Positions 1 through 8,124 of a stretch of DNA of 32,000 nucleotides are shown here, piece after piece; positions within the stretch are counted from its first letter, which is position 1, and each line of letters begins with the position of its first letter. A program made the position numbers and the translations under genes. The notes below the pieces were generated by a model that did no database searches, was not told the DNA's origin, and saw only the letters and a program-made list of their open reading frames with translations. Source of the stretch: an uncultured Chloroflexia bacterium (GTDB taxonomy: Bacteria; Chloroflexota; Anaerolineae; Anaerolineales; Anaerolineaceae); assembly GCA_963704755.1 (NCBI GenBank), contig OY969938.1, positions 600,001 through 632,000 on the forward strand. The letters run 5' to 3'.

Positions 1-1170
1 CATGCCTTTGATCACCAAATCGGCTGCCTCGACCCAACCCAGGTAACGCAGCATCATCTCCCCAGAAAGGATCAGGCTGCCGGGATTGACCTGGTCTTTG
101 TTGGCGTATTTCGGCGCCGTCCCGTGAGTCGCCTCGAAGATCGCAAAGCCGGTATCGTAATTGATATTCCCGCCGGGGGCAATACCGATACCCCCCACCT
201 GGGCGGCCAGCGCATCCGACAGATAATCGCCGTTCAGATTCATGGTGGCAATCACGTCGAATTCCTTCGGCCGGGTGAGCGTCTGCTGGAAGACGATGTC
301 GGCAATCACGTCTTTGACCAAAATCTTGCCGGCTTTCAAAGCCGCATCTTGCTCCGCATTTGCCGCGGCTTCGCCCTGGGCGGCTTTGGTCTGCTCCCAA
401 TGTGCCCAGGTATAGGTCTGGTTAGCGAATTCGCTTTCGGCCAGTTCGTAGCCCCACTTGCGGAAAGCGCCTTCGGTGTATTTCATGATGTTGCCTTTGT
501 GGACCAGGGTCACGCTCTTGCGGTGATTGGCTATGGCCCAGCGGATGGCGGCTCGCACCAGGCGGAAAGTGCCTTCCTTGGAGATCGGTTTTACCCCAAA
601 ACCGGCCGTATTCGGGAAGCGAATTTTGGCGAACTCTTTTGGAAAACGTTCTTCCAACAGCTTCCTGAAAGTCGCGTTTTCTTCGCTGCCATACTCGAAT
701 TCGATCCCGGTATAGATATCCTCGGTGTTCTCCCGGAAGATGGCCATATCCACATATTCCGGGTGGCGTAGGGGTGAAGGTACGCCCGTGAAATAGCGCA
801 CCGGTCGCAGGCATACGTACAGGTCCAGTTCTTTGCGCAGGGCCACGTTTAGCGAGCGGAAGCCGCCCCCGATCGGTGTGGTCAATGGGCCTTTGATCCC
901 CACCAGGTACTGGCGAAAAGTGGCCAGGGTTTCTTCGGGCAGCCAGGTCCCCAGGCTGTTGAATGCTTTTTCCCCGGCCAATACTTCCTTCCAGTAAATT
1001 TTACGCCGGCCGCCATACGCCTTTTCCACGGCTGCCGAAAGGACTGCCTCGGTCGCGCGCCAGATATCCGGACCGGTCCCGTCGCCTTCGATGAACGGGA
1101 TAACAGGATTCTCCGGAACAACCAGTTTACCGTTGACCATTGTGATAGGTTCGCCCGTAAGAGTGCTCAT
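1..1170 (-). CDS. icd: NADP-dependent isocitrate dehydrogenase (first ~390 codons; 3' end lies beyond the left window edge)
   Basis: My own minus-strand translation starts at ATG 1170-1168 with GAGGTGA just upstream. It reads [37 protein letters not shown]...[40 protein letters not shown]...[26 protein letters not shown]...[20 protein letters not shown] and stays open to base 1. It is absent from the ORF track only because no stop lies in the window. Confidence 0.93.
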   Translation of the reverse strand, partial: MSTLTGEPITMVNGKLVVPENPVIPFIEGDGTGPDIWRATEAVLSAAVEKAYGGRRKIYWKEVLAGEKAFNSLGTWLPEETLATFRQYLVGIKGPLTTPIGGGFRSLNVALRKELDLYVCLRPVRYFTGVPSPLRHPEYVDMAIFRENTEDIYTGIEFEYGSEENATFRKLLEERFPKEFAKIRFPNTAGFGVKPISKEGTFRLVRAAIRWAIANHRKSVTLVHKGNIMKYTEGAFRKWGYELAESEFANQTYTWAHWEQTKAAQGEAAANAEQDAALKAGKILVKDVIADIVFQQTLTRPKEFDVIATMNLNGDYLSDALAAQVGGIGIAPGGNINYDTGFAIFEATHGTAPKYANKDQVNPGSLILSGEMMLRYLGWVEAADLVIKGM

Positions 1171-1227
1171 TTCACCTCATCTATAATGTAAATTTTAGGG
1201 TAACGTTTCAGGCGGGTACAAGAAGTT

Positions 1228-1282
1228 CCCGAATTTGAGGTGTTGGCGATGGTTACACTATCGCCAACACCTCAAATTCGGG
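1228..1282. repeat. Perfect 23-bp inverted repeat (9-nt loop) between the dtxR-like stop and the icd start; its arms recur at 11359-11414
   Basis: CCCGAATTTGAGGTGTTGGCGAT (1228-1250) is the exact reverse complement of ATCGCCAACACCTCAAATTCGGG (1260-1282). The flanks AAGTTCCCGAATTTGAGGTGTT and ACCTCAAATTCGGGGTC are shared with the second copy. Confidence 0.8.
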
Positions 1283-1358
1283 GTCTTTCTGGCCTGCTCA
1301 ACCCCTTAAACCTAATTCTAACCCATTTGCATTCCCCAATGGACACCCATCCCGGTAA

Positions 1359-2087
1359 TTATCGAGGAACCCCGGCCGGAACGGCTTCTCTTTCGGCTAC
1401 GCGCATAATCGCGCCGGTCGCTTCTGGTTTTATCTTTTCAACGTAAAGGTATCTGGCCACGGCAAAGCCCAAAATCACCGGACTGCCCTCCGCATCGATG
1501 GTGATGGTCTGGTTGAACGATAAAACCGAAACCACTTTAACCTTGCAGCCCAGGTGGATACCATTTTTATCCAGGTAACCTAACAATTCCGGGATCTCTT
1601 CGGCCAGCTCATGAACTCGCCGCACAATCCCGCATTCCCCTTCCGGTAAACGGGTAATGGGCACCCAACTGGCAACCACATCCTCGTGACCCGGTAAAGG
1701 GTTACCGTGCGGGCACAGCTCCGGATAATTAAACTCCGCCAGGATCGCCTCTTCCAATTCGGCCGAAATGGCGTGCTCGAAAAGATGTGCTTCTTTGTGC
1801 ACCTTCGCCCAGGGCAGCATCCGGCTCAACATCCATTCGGCTAACATGTGCCGGCGCATTACCGAACGGCCGGCTTCCAGGCCATGCTCGGTCAGGTGCG
1901 GCCCGGACTTGGATGAATTCTCCAGCAGCCCATCCCGTACCATTCGCTTGAGTGTATTCGTCACCGTTGGCGGAGTGACTGCAAAAATTTCGGCCAGACG
2001 AGCCCCGACAACCGGCTCCTCATCCCGTTCCAGCACATAGATCATTCCGAGGTAATCTTCGATGGTATGGCTAATTTTTTCAGTCAC
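1359..2087 (-). CDS. DtxR/IdeR/MntR-family metal-dependent transcriptional regulator with C-terminal FeoA/SH3-like domain
   Basis: 242 aa, GTG start at 2087 with AAGGAAA upstream. It has a winged-helix N-terminus (ARLAEIFAVTPPTVTNTLKRMVRDGLL) and a metal-site/dimerisation region (RRHMLAEWML...HKEAHLFEHAIS). The C-terminal SH3-like part reads LPEGECGIVRRV...GCKVKVVSV. It is divergent from feoABC. Confidence 0.88.
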   Translation of the reverse strand: MTEKISHTIEDYLGMIYVLERDEEPVVGARLAEIFAVTPPTVTNTLKRMVRDGLLENSSKSGPHLTEHGLEAGRSVMRRHMLAEWMLSRMLPWAKVHKEAHLFEHAISAELEEAILAEFNYPELCPHGNPLPGHEDVVASWVPITRLPEGECGIVRRVHELAEEIPELLGYLDKNGIHLGCKVKVVSVLSFNQTITIDAEGSPVILGFAVARYLYVEKIKPEATGAIMRVAEREAVPAGVPR

Positions 2088-2119
2088 AATTTCCTTTATC
2101 TTTGGTGACTTTCGTCACG

Positions 2120-2147
2120 TTGACGGATTCTCATCGTTCTTTATACT
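2120..2147 (+). promoter_or_regulatory. Candidate sigma-70-type promoter for feoABC
   Basis: TTGACG (2120-2125), a 16-bp spacer, then TATACT (2142-2147), in the AT-rich divergent intergenic region. Confidence 0.4.
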
Positions 2148-2156
2148 AAATAAAGA

Positions 2157-2174
2157 TATTAGTATATGCTAATA
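2157..2174. promoter_or_regulatory. Candidate DtxR-family operator (18-bp near-palindrome with TTAG-N6-CTAA core)
   Basis: TATTAGTATATGCTAATA has one mismatched pair. It sits 10-27 bp downstream of the putative -10. The TTAG...CTAA ends match the DtxR/IdeR consensus TTAGGTTAGCCTAACCTAA as I recall it. Confidence 0.4.
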
Positions 2175-2241
2175 ATTGTTATAGGCACCTTGAAATTATT
2201 ATACATCCCTCAAAACCCACGTCAAGTTCAAGGAATTACAC

Positions 2242-2490
2242 GTGAAAGATATGAATACATTGATGCCCCTCGCTCAATTACCTGCCGGAGAAGAAGCCAA
2301 CCTGGTCAGTCTCACCAGAGGCGCTGGATTTATTGGTCGTTTGACTTCGCTGGGATTTACCCCCGGAGTTGAAATTCACATGATGCAAAACATGGGTCAC
2401 GGACCTTTATTGGTAGCAATTCGTGGTACCCGGGTAGCCCTTGGCCGGCAAGAAGCCGGCTCGATAATGGTAAGAAGGAATAAAGCATGA
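2242..2490 (+). CDS. feoA: Ferrous iron transport protein A
   Basis: 82 aa FeoA/SH3-like sequence (LAQLPAGEEANLVSL...LTSLGFTPGVEIHMMQN..GPLLVAIRGTRVALGRQEAGSIMV). GTG 2242 is preceded by AAGGAA; the alternative start is ATG 2251. The stop overlaps the feoB start (ATGA). Confidence 0.9.
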   Translation: MKDMNTLMPLAQLPAGEEANLVSLTRGAGFIGRLTSLGFTPGVEIHMMQNMGHGPLLVAIRGTRVALGRQEAGSIMVRRNKA

Positions 2491-4523
2491 GCTCCTGCCA
2501 CACCACTGGAAGTCCCACCATATCCCATTCTATCGCCGAAAATACCGCACTGATCGCCCTAGCCGGGCAGCCCAATATGGGAAAATCTACCCTGTTCAAC
2601 GTTCTCACCGGCCTGAACCAGCATGTGGGCAACTGGCCTGGTAAAACCGTCGAACGACGCGAAGGGAATTTTCATCTCGATCAGCGCGAAATACAGTTGG
2701 TGGACCTGCCAGGCACCTATAGTCTGACGGCCAATTCTCCCGAAGAAGTCATTGCCCGCGAATTTATTATTAAGGAAAAGCCGGACCTGGTATTGGCGAT
2801 TATCAGCGCAGCCAACCTGGAACGCAGCCTTTACCTGGTGGCAGAATTAATTTCTTTGTCCATCCCAATTGTAGTCGGCCTCAACATGATCGATGTGGCC
2901 GGCCAGGAAGGCATCCAGGTTGACGATAAAATCCTCAGCGCTGCCCTGGGGGTACCGGTTGTACCCATGTCGGCTGTCCATTCCCAGGGAGTTCATGAAC
3001 TGCTGGAGGTAATCAAGGACCAGCTCGACGGTAAAGTAAAAAGCACCCCACGGATGCCCGAAGTCCGCGCCGACCACAAAGAGGTTCAAGAGCAAATCGA
3101 GCTATTGATCCGCGGTTTCGTACCCGAACCCTATCCTCTGGATTGGATGGCGCTCAATTTAATGGAAGGCGATAAAGAGGTCCTGCGCCAGATGCAGGCC
3201 GCCCTGCCGATCGAGCGCTGGGAAACGGTCAATGAGATCCTCAAAGCCCACGATGACGCCATGCTGGCGATCGCCTCCGGCCGCTATGAGTGGATCGAAT
3301 GGATGGAACGCGCCGCAGTCAAGCACCCCAAGGCCGGCCAGATCAGCCTGACCGACCGGCTGGACCGTTGGGCCACCCACCCGTTCTGGGGGCTGGTCAT
3401 CCTGGCAAGTGTTCTTGGGCTGGTCTTCTGGCTGACTTTCGCCATTGGTTCACCGGTCCAGGCCTGGCTGGATACCCATATCGTTTCCAACCTGGCGCAC
3501 CTGGCTTTCAGCGGGTTGGCCGCGGCTCCATTCTGGGTGAGGGGTTTGATCGTAGACGGCATCATCGGCGGAGTTGGCTCGGTGCTGACCTTCCTGCCGA
3601 TCCTGGCAATTTTCTTTGCCTCCTTTGGCCTGTTGGAAGATGTGGGGTACATGGCCCGGGCCGCCTACGTGATGGACAACTTTATGCATTGGATGGGCCT
3701 GCACGGCAAGTCTTTCCTGCCGCTTTTCCTGGGCTTCGGCTGTAACGTCCCGGCCGTGATGGGCACCCGCGTGATCAATTCCTGGCCGGCCCGTCTCTTG
3801 ACCATCATCATTGCGCCGCTCATCCCCTGTACAGCTCGCATGGCAGTCATTGCGTTCCTGGCTCCGGCCTTCTTTGGAACACACGCAGCCTTGATCTCCT
3901 GGGGGCTGATCATGTTGTCCCTCGTCATTCTGATCCTGAGCGGCGCGTTACTGAACCGGCTTTTGTTCAAAGGCGAGCGCTCGGCCTTTGTGATGGAGCT
4001 GCCGCTTTACCACATGCCCAACTGGCGCACGATCGGCTTGCTGGTCTGGGAACGGTCGATTTCCTTTTTCAAAAAAGCCGGAACGATTATTTTGAGTATG
4101 TCGGTGGTCATCTGGGCCTTATCCATCCTCCCTGGCGGTTCTTTGCAGACCAGTTTCCTGGCCGACTTCGGTAAGCTGGTCGCCCCCATCGGTCATTGGA
4201 TGGGTATGGATTGGCGCCTGACCGTCGCATTGCTTACCAGCTTCGTCGCCAAGGAAAATTCCATCGCGACCCTGGGTGTCTTGTTTGGCAACCAGCAAGG
4301 CGCTGGACTGGGCCAAATTATGGCATCCACCTATTCGCCCGCAGTTGGGTTGGCCTTCCTGACCGTTTCTATCCTGTTCATCCCCTGCGCAGCGACTGTA
4401 GCCGCCATCAAACAGGAAACCGGCTCGATCCGTTGGACTTTGTTCAACATCTTCTTCATGTTAGTGGTATCCATTGGAGTTGCCAGTGGGGTTTATGCCC
4501 TGGCAACCGTGGTAGGTCTATAA
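2487..4523 (+). CDS. feoB: Ferrous iron transporter B (G-domain plus polytopic membrane domain)
   Basis: 678 aa with GTPase motifs GQPNMGKSTLFN (G1), DLPGTYS (G3) and NMID (G4), followed by a long hydrophobic multi-TM region. Confidence 0.96.
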   Translation: MSSCHTTGSPTISHSIAENTALIALAGQPNMGKSTLFNVLTGLNQHVGNWPGKTVERREGNFHLDQREIQLVDLPGTYSLTANSPEEVIAREFIIKEKPDLVLAIISAANLERSLYLVAELISLSIPIVVGLNMIDVAGQEGIQVDDKILSAALGVPVVPMSAVHSQGVHELLEVIKDQLDGKVKSTPRMPEVRADHKEVQEQIELLIRGFVPEPYPLDWMALNLMEGDKEVLRQMQAALPIERWETVNEILKAHDDAMLAIASGRYEWIEWMERAAVKHPKAGQISLTDRLDRWATHPFWGLVILASVLGLVFWLTFAIGSPVQAWLDTHIVSNLAHLAFSGLAAAPFWVRGLIVDGIIGGVGSVLTFLPILAIFFASFGLLEDVGYMARAAYVMDNFMHWMGLHGKSFLPLFLGFGCNVPAVMGTRVINSWPARLLTIIIAPLIPCTARMAVIAFLAPAFFGTHAALISWGLIMLSLVILILSGALLNRLLFKGERSAFVMELPLYHMPNWRTIGLLVWERSISFFKKAGTIILSMSVVIWALSILPGGSLQTSFLADFGKLVAPIGHWMGMDWRLTVALLTSFVAKENSIATLGVLFGNQQGAGLGQIMASTYSPAVGLAFLTVSILFIPCAATVAAIKQETGSIRWTLFNIFFMLVVSIGVASGVYALATVVGL

Positions 4524-4524
4524 A

Positions 4525-4824
4525 ATGCTAGAAAAATTATTGCAACTCATTCGCGAAGGAGATGGCACCATCAGCCTTTCGACCCTGGCTGCCCGGCTCA
4601 ATACCAACCCCTTTATAGTCCAAGCCATGCTCCAGCACCTGGCGAGCCAGGGATACCTAAAAAATTACACCACCGATTGCGACCTGGATTCTTGCGGCGG
4701 TTGTGGTTTGAAAGGCGCCTGCAAAACCAGCGAAGGCGAAAAGCCGCAGATTTGGACCCTCTCCAACCCGGCACAAGTAAACCCCTTATCCCAACCTCAG
4801 CCGGGCTTTGCTCACAAAGCGTGA
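4525..4824 (+). CDS. feoC: FeoC-like small winged-helix protein with a four-Cys cluster motif
   Basis: 99 aa, starting 1 nt after the feoB stop. The N-terminus MLEKLLQLIREGDGTISLSTLAARLNTNPFIVQAMLQHLASQGYL resembles the FeoC winged helix. It is followed by CDLDSCGGCGLKGAC (C-x4-C-x2-C-x5-C). Confidence 0.7.
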   Translation: MLEKLLQLIREGDGTISLSTLAARLNTNPFIVQAMLQHLASQGYLKNYTTDCDLDSCGGCGLKGACKTSEGEKPQIWTLSNPAQVNPLSQPQPGFAHKA

Positions 4825-4894
4825 AAGGGTGACGTCTCTCCCTAGATTTTAACGGTATCATTTCCAGCACCATCAGGCGTCATCCAATCCGGAC

Positions 4895-4946
4895 TTACCC
4901 GGGCAGCAAATTTCCTTGGTCTCAAGAACATGCACTGCCCGGGTAA
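4895..4946. repeat. 12-bp inverted repeat with 28-nt loop downstream of feoC
   Basis: TTACCCGGGCAG (4895-4906) pairs with CTGCCCGGGTAA (4935-4946). No T-run follows, so a terminator role is uncertain. Confidence 0.35.
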
Positions 4947-5103
4947 AGTTTATGGGGAAACGTTCAGTCTCACGCAAGATCCTTCCAAATTTATCCTGTT
5001 TGCGGAAGGGTCGTTACTTTCCACTCATCGGAGGTGTTTTTTTGCAAAAAGGACCCATCCGTTACCTTTTTCTTAAAATATCACCCCAAATGTAAGGTTT
5101 CTA

Positions 5104-5133
5104 TTGACAAATTAAGGCCAAATGTTTTATCAT
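5104..5133 (+). promoter_or_regulatory. Candidate promoter upstream of the liv operon
   Basis: TTGACA (5104-5109), an 18-bp spacer, then TATCAT (5128-5133). This would give a leader of about 310 nt before ATG 5451. Confidence 0.35.
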
Positions 5134-5450
5134 GGACAGAACATTTTAACCCCTTGTCTAACAACAGATCAATATTGTTTACAATTAACGGATAAGTGGT
5201 CCTTTTCCGAGGAGTGGGTATTACCAAAGCCTGTCTTTTATTGGTTGGCCTTTTTCAATTCCCCAAACACTGACAACATCATATGGTAAGTGGGAATGCA
5301 CAGAAGCGCTCTCATCTTTTCAGAGGATGTGGAAAGATACCTGTTATGGTAGTCCTTTACAAGGAGGTGGTGCCATCCTTTCGCAAATTAATTTAGCCCT
5401 TTCAAATTCGCAAATTCGATTGTTTTAAATTCCCAAAGGAGGAAAGCAAG

Positions 5451-6782
5451 ATGAAGGTTCGCAATATCGTCATTGTTTTAGTACTGGCAGCAATTGCATT
5501 GTCTGCCTGCGCTGCACCTGCAGCCACAACGGTTGCCCCGGCGCCCACAACAGCTCCGGCAGCGACCTCTGCCTCAGAAGCTACCATGGCTCCTGAAGCC
5601 ACCACTGCGCCGGCTGCTACCATGGCAGAAGGCACTTCAGCCGTAGTATCCGGTGTACCGGCTAATTGCGGCACCGATCAATTCGGCTGCGCCAAGATCG
5701 AACCCGGCCAGACGATCAAAATCGGTATGGGCGCCCCCATGACCGGAGACAACGCTCAGTTCGGTGTGGATATTTCCCAAGGCGCTTCGATTGCGATTTC
5801 CGACGCCGGTGAATTCCAGGGCTTCAAATTCGAGCTGGACGCCGAGGATGATGGCGGTACCGCTGAAGGCGGCGCTGCAGTCGCCAACAAGTTCGTCGCC
5901 GATCCGCAAATCGTAGCCATCGCCGGTCACATCTTCTCCGGCGCAACCGCTGCGGCAATTCCGATCTATGAAAAAGCCGGCATCCCGATGATGTCCCCCT
6001 CAGCGACCAACCCCGACCTGACCAAGTCCGGTTCGGCGGTCTTCAACCGGGTGGCCTTCACCAATTCTGCTCAGGGGAAATTCGCTGCTGAATACCTGTA
6101 CAAAAACCTGGGCTTCACCCAGATCGCCGTTATGCACGACGGTCAGGCTTATGGCCAGGGCTTAGCCGAAGTTGTGGCCGACCAGTTCCAGCAATTGGGC
6201 GGTACGGTTGTCGATACTGAGGCCATCACCCCGGGTGAGTCTGACTACACCGCCACCCTCTCGGCTGTGGCTTCCAAACACCCGCAGGCTGTGTATTACG
6301 GTGGTTATGTCCAGGAAGCTGTCGTTCTGGTCAACGAATGGAACCAGTCCGGCCTGAACGGCGTGGTCTTCTTCGGCTGTGACGGCACCTACGGCCAGGA
6401 CTTCATCGACCGCACCGGCGTCAATGGCGAAGGGGCCTACTCTGTGGCTCTGATCCCGACCGCCTCGGATGCAGTTACCAAGTTCGACAATGCCTACCAG
6501 ACTGAGTTCGGCGCTGCTGCCGGCTCCCTCTCTCCCTACACCTGGAATGCCTACGACGCTGCTGCTACCCTGGTCTACGCGATCGAACAAGTAGCAGAGA
6601 AGAGCGACGATGGGAACCTGTACATTCCACGTGGCGCTCTGGTTCAGGCAGTTCGTGGGTTGAAAGATTACCATGGTTTGTCTGGTGTTCTGTCCTGCGA
6701 TTCTACCGGTGAATGCAACGCCTCTGGTCCTATCTTCTACGTCGTGAAAGATGGCCAGTGGGTAGCGGCACCTGAAAGCTAG
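5451..6782 (+). CDS. livK: Branched-chain amino-acid ABC transporter substrate-binding lipoprotein (LivJ/LivK family)
   Basis: 443 aa. It has a signal peptide with lipobox (LAAIALSAC) and an Ala/Pro/Thr-rich linker. The type-I periplasmic binding fold follows (IKIGMGAPMTGDNAQFG, IAGHIFSGAT, MMSPSATNP). RBS is AAAGGAGGAAA. Confidence 0.9.
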   Translation: MKVRNIVIVLVLAAIALSACAAPAATTVAPAPTTAPAATSASEATMAPEATTAPAATMAEGTSAVVSGVPANCGTDQFGCAKIEPGQTIKIGMGAPMTGDNAQFGVDISQGASIAISDAGEFQGFKFELDAEDDGGTAEGGAAVANKFVADPQIVAIAGHIFSGATAAAIPIYEKAGIPMMSPSATNPDLTKSGSAVFNRVAFTNSAQGKFAAEYLYKNLGFTQIAVMHDGQAYGQGLAEVVADQFQQLGGTVVDTEAITPGESDYTATLSAVASKHPQAVYYGGYVQEAVVLVNEWNQSGLNGVVFFGCDGTYGQDFIDRTGVNGEGAYSVALIPTASDAVTKFDNAYQTEFGAAAGSLSPYTWNAYDAAATLVYAIEQVAEKSDDGNLYIPRGALVQAVRGLKDYHGLSGVLSCDSTGECNASGPIFYVVKDGQWVAAPES

Positions 6783-6805
6783 TACGCGACCCTAAAGTAT
6801 AAAAA

Positions 6806-6851
6806 GGTGGGAAAAGGGGCTTTGCCCCTTTCCCCACCCTTATTTTTGTTT
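6806..6851 (+). terminator. Rho-independent terminator after the binding-protein gene
   Basis: GGTGGGAAAAGGGGC-TTT-GCCCCTTTCCCCACC (15-bp stem, one mismatch) followed by CTTATTTTTGTTT. Confidence 0.85.
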
Positions 6852-6999
6852 AGATAGAAATGAATCCACTGAAAAGACTCCATAAAATCAACCAAAACTG
6901 CTGCCCCTTGTAAATGGAATTCGCCCTTTTTCTCAACGGGTAGCTCTTCACAGCAACGATGAAGGCGTTTTTCAGGGGAATCATCCATCTTTCAGGAAT

Positions 7000-8124
7000 G
7001 TGGTAAATCTTATGGACGTTGCAAAACCCCCCACTCGACCTCTTCGAATGTCATTAAGATCGGCCCAAATTATTCGGTGGGTGTTGGGTATTCTGATTGG
7101 AGGCTGGATGATCTGGCGAGTCGTAGACGTCGTCTTCATCCAGGCAGAATACGGTCCCGACACCTGGGTACGTTTCGCTTTATCCGGGCTGATCCTGGGT
7201 GGCATGTATGCGCTAATTGCAATAGGCTATACTCTGGTCTATGGCATCTTGTTTATGATCAACTTTGCCCACGGCGATGTAATGATGCTGGGCGCCTTTG
7301 GGGGCTATTTTGTTTTTGAAATCTTTAAACAAATAAAAACTCCCACAGTAGCAGATCCAAAATTAGTCTTTTTAAATGCCCATCCCATAATTTCTGTCAT
7401 CATAGCCTTTATTGTCGGTATGCTCGTATCGGCAGCGGCTGGTTATTTCCTCGAAAAAATCGCCTACCGACCGTTGAGAAATGCCCCTCGCCTGGTTCCT
7501 CTGATCAGCGCCATCGGCGCTTCGATCTTCCTTGAAAATGCCGGTCAGCTATTATTCGGCCCTCAACGCCGAGATTATTTCAACCCCACTTTCTTAACTC
7601 GTGGAACCGGTTGGACGGTCATTATTAACGGCAGCCCGGTGATTATCACGTACACCGGGGTGTTTTCCCTGGTGCTTTCGGCGCTATTGATGATTGCCCT
7701 ATATACGATCGTCCAGCGGACGAAACTGGGGCGGGCCATGCGCGCGGTTGCGCAAGACAAGCCAACCGCCGCCTTGATGGGCATCAATGTAGACCAGGTC
7801 ATCAGCAATACTTTCATTATCAGCGGCGCCCTGGCCGGTGCGGCCGGTGTCATGTGGGGTATCCACATGGGACTGGTCTATTACTATGTTGGCTTTATTC
7901 CGGGTATCAAAGCCTTTACTGCGGCTGTGTTAGGCGGTATTGGCAACATTCCCGGAGCTATGTTGGGTGGACTGTTCCTGGGTGTCGTCGAGGCAATCGG
8001 CCCGGCTGCGCTCGGGATCGACTTCCAGCTTAAAGATGTTATCGCTTTCTCCATCCTGGTGTTGGTCTTGATTTTCAGGCCTTCTGGCTTCCTGGGTGAG
8101 AAGTTGTCACAGGAGAAAGTATGA
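7000..8124 (+). CDS. livH: Branched-chain amino-acid ABC transporter permease (LivH type)
   Basis: 374 aa, multi-TM, with GMYALIAIGYTLVYG, INFAHGD, AVAQDKPTAALMGIN and GGIGNIPGAMLGG. Start is GTG 7000 or ATG 7012. It carries an N-terminal extension of about 60 aa over typical LivH. Confidence 0.9.
   Translation: MVNLMDVAKPPTRPLRMSLRSAQIIRWVLGILIGGWMIWRVVDVVFIQAEYGPDTWVRFALSGLILGGMYALIAIGYTLVYGILFMINFAHGDVMMLGAFGGYFVFEIFKQIKTPTVADPKLVFLNAHPIISVIIAFIVGMLVSAAAGYFLEKIAYRPLRNAPRLVPLISAIGASIFLENAGQLLFGPQRRDYFNPTFLTRGTGWTVIINGSPVIITYTGVFSLVLSALLMIALYTIVQRTKLGRAMRAVAQDKPTAALMGINVDQVISNTFIISGALAGAAGVMWGIHMGLVYYYVGFIPGIKAFTAAVLGGIGNIPGAMLGGLFLGVVEAIGPAALGIDFQLKDVIAFSILVLVLIFRPSGFLGEKLSQEKV

Noticed and set aside
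124-771. 215-aa + strand ORF and the other ORFs at 422-1121
   Set aside because: They are antisense or off-frame to the clearly recognisable icd reading frame. Their composition is Arg/Gly/Pro-rich and typical of shadow ORFs.
1345-1360. 16-mer ACCCATCCCGGTAATT shared with 21300-21315, both downstream of long hairpins
   Set aside because: My rough uniform-composition estimate is about 0.2-0.3 chance 16-mer matches in a 32-kb window counting both orientations. The flanks do not align and the distances to the hairpins differ (62 versus 6 nt). It is therefore not reported as an element.
5024-5092. Possible 17-codon small ORF (TTG after GGAGGTG: MQKGPIRYLFLKISPQM)
   Set aside because: It is too short to support from sequence alone, and a non-ATG start following a T-run could equally be a weak terminator tail. 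No conservation information is available.
5345-5370. T-box riboswitch (AAGGAGGTGGTGCCATCC resembles the GGGTGGTACCGCG T-box core)
   Set aside because: There is only a partial match, GGTGGTGCC against GGTGGTACC, and the flanking GCG is missing. I could not find a stem I/specifier loop, the conserved AGAGA or GNUGGNA elements, or a terminator/antiterminator pair.
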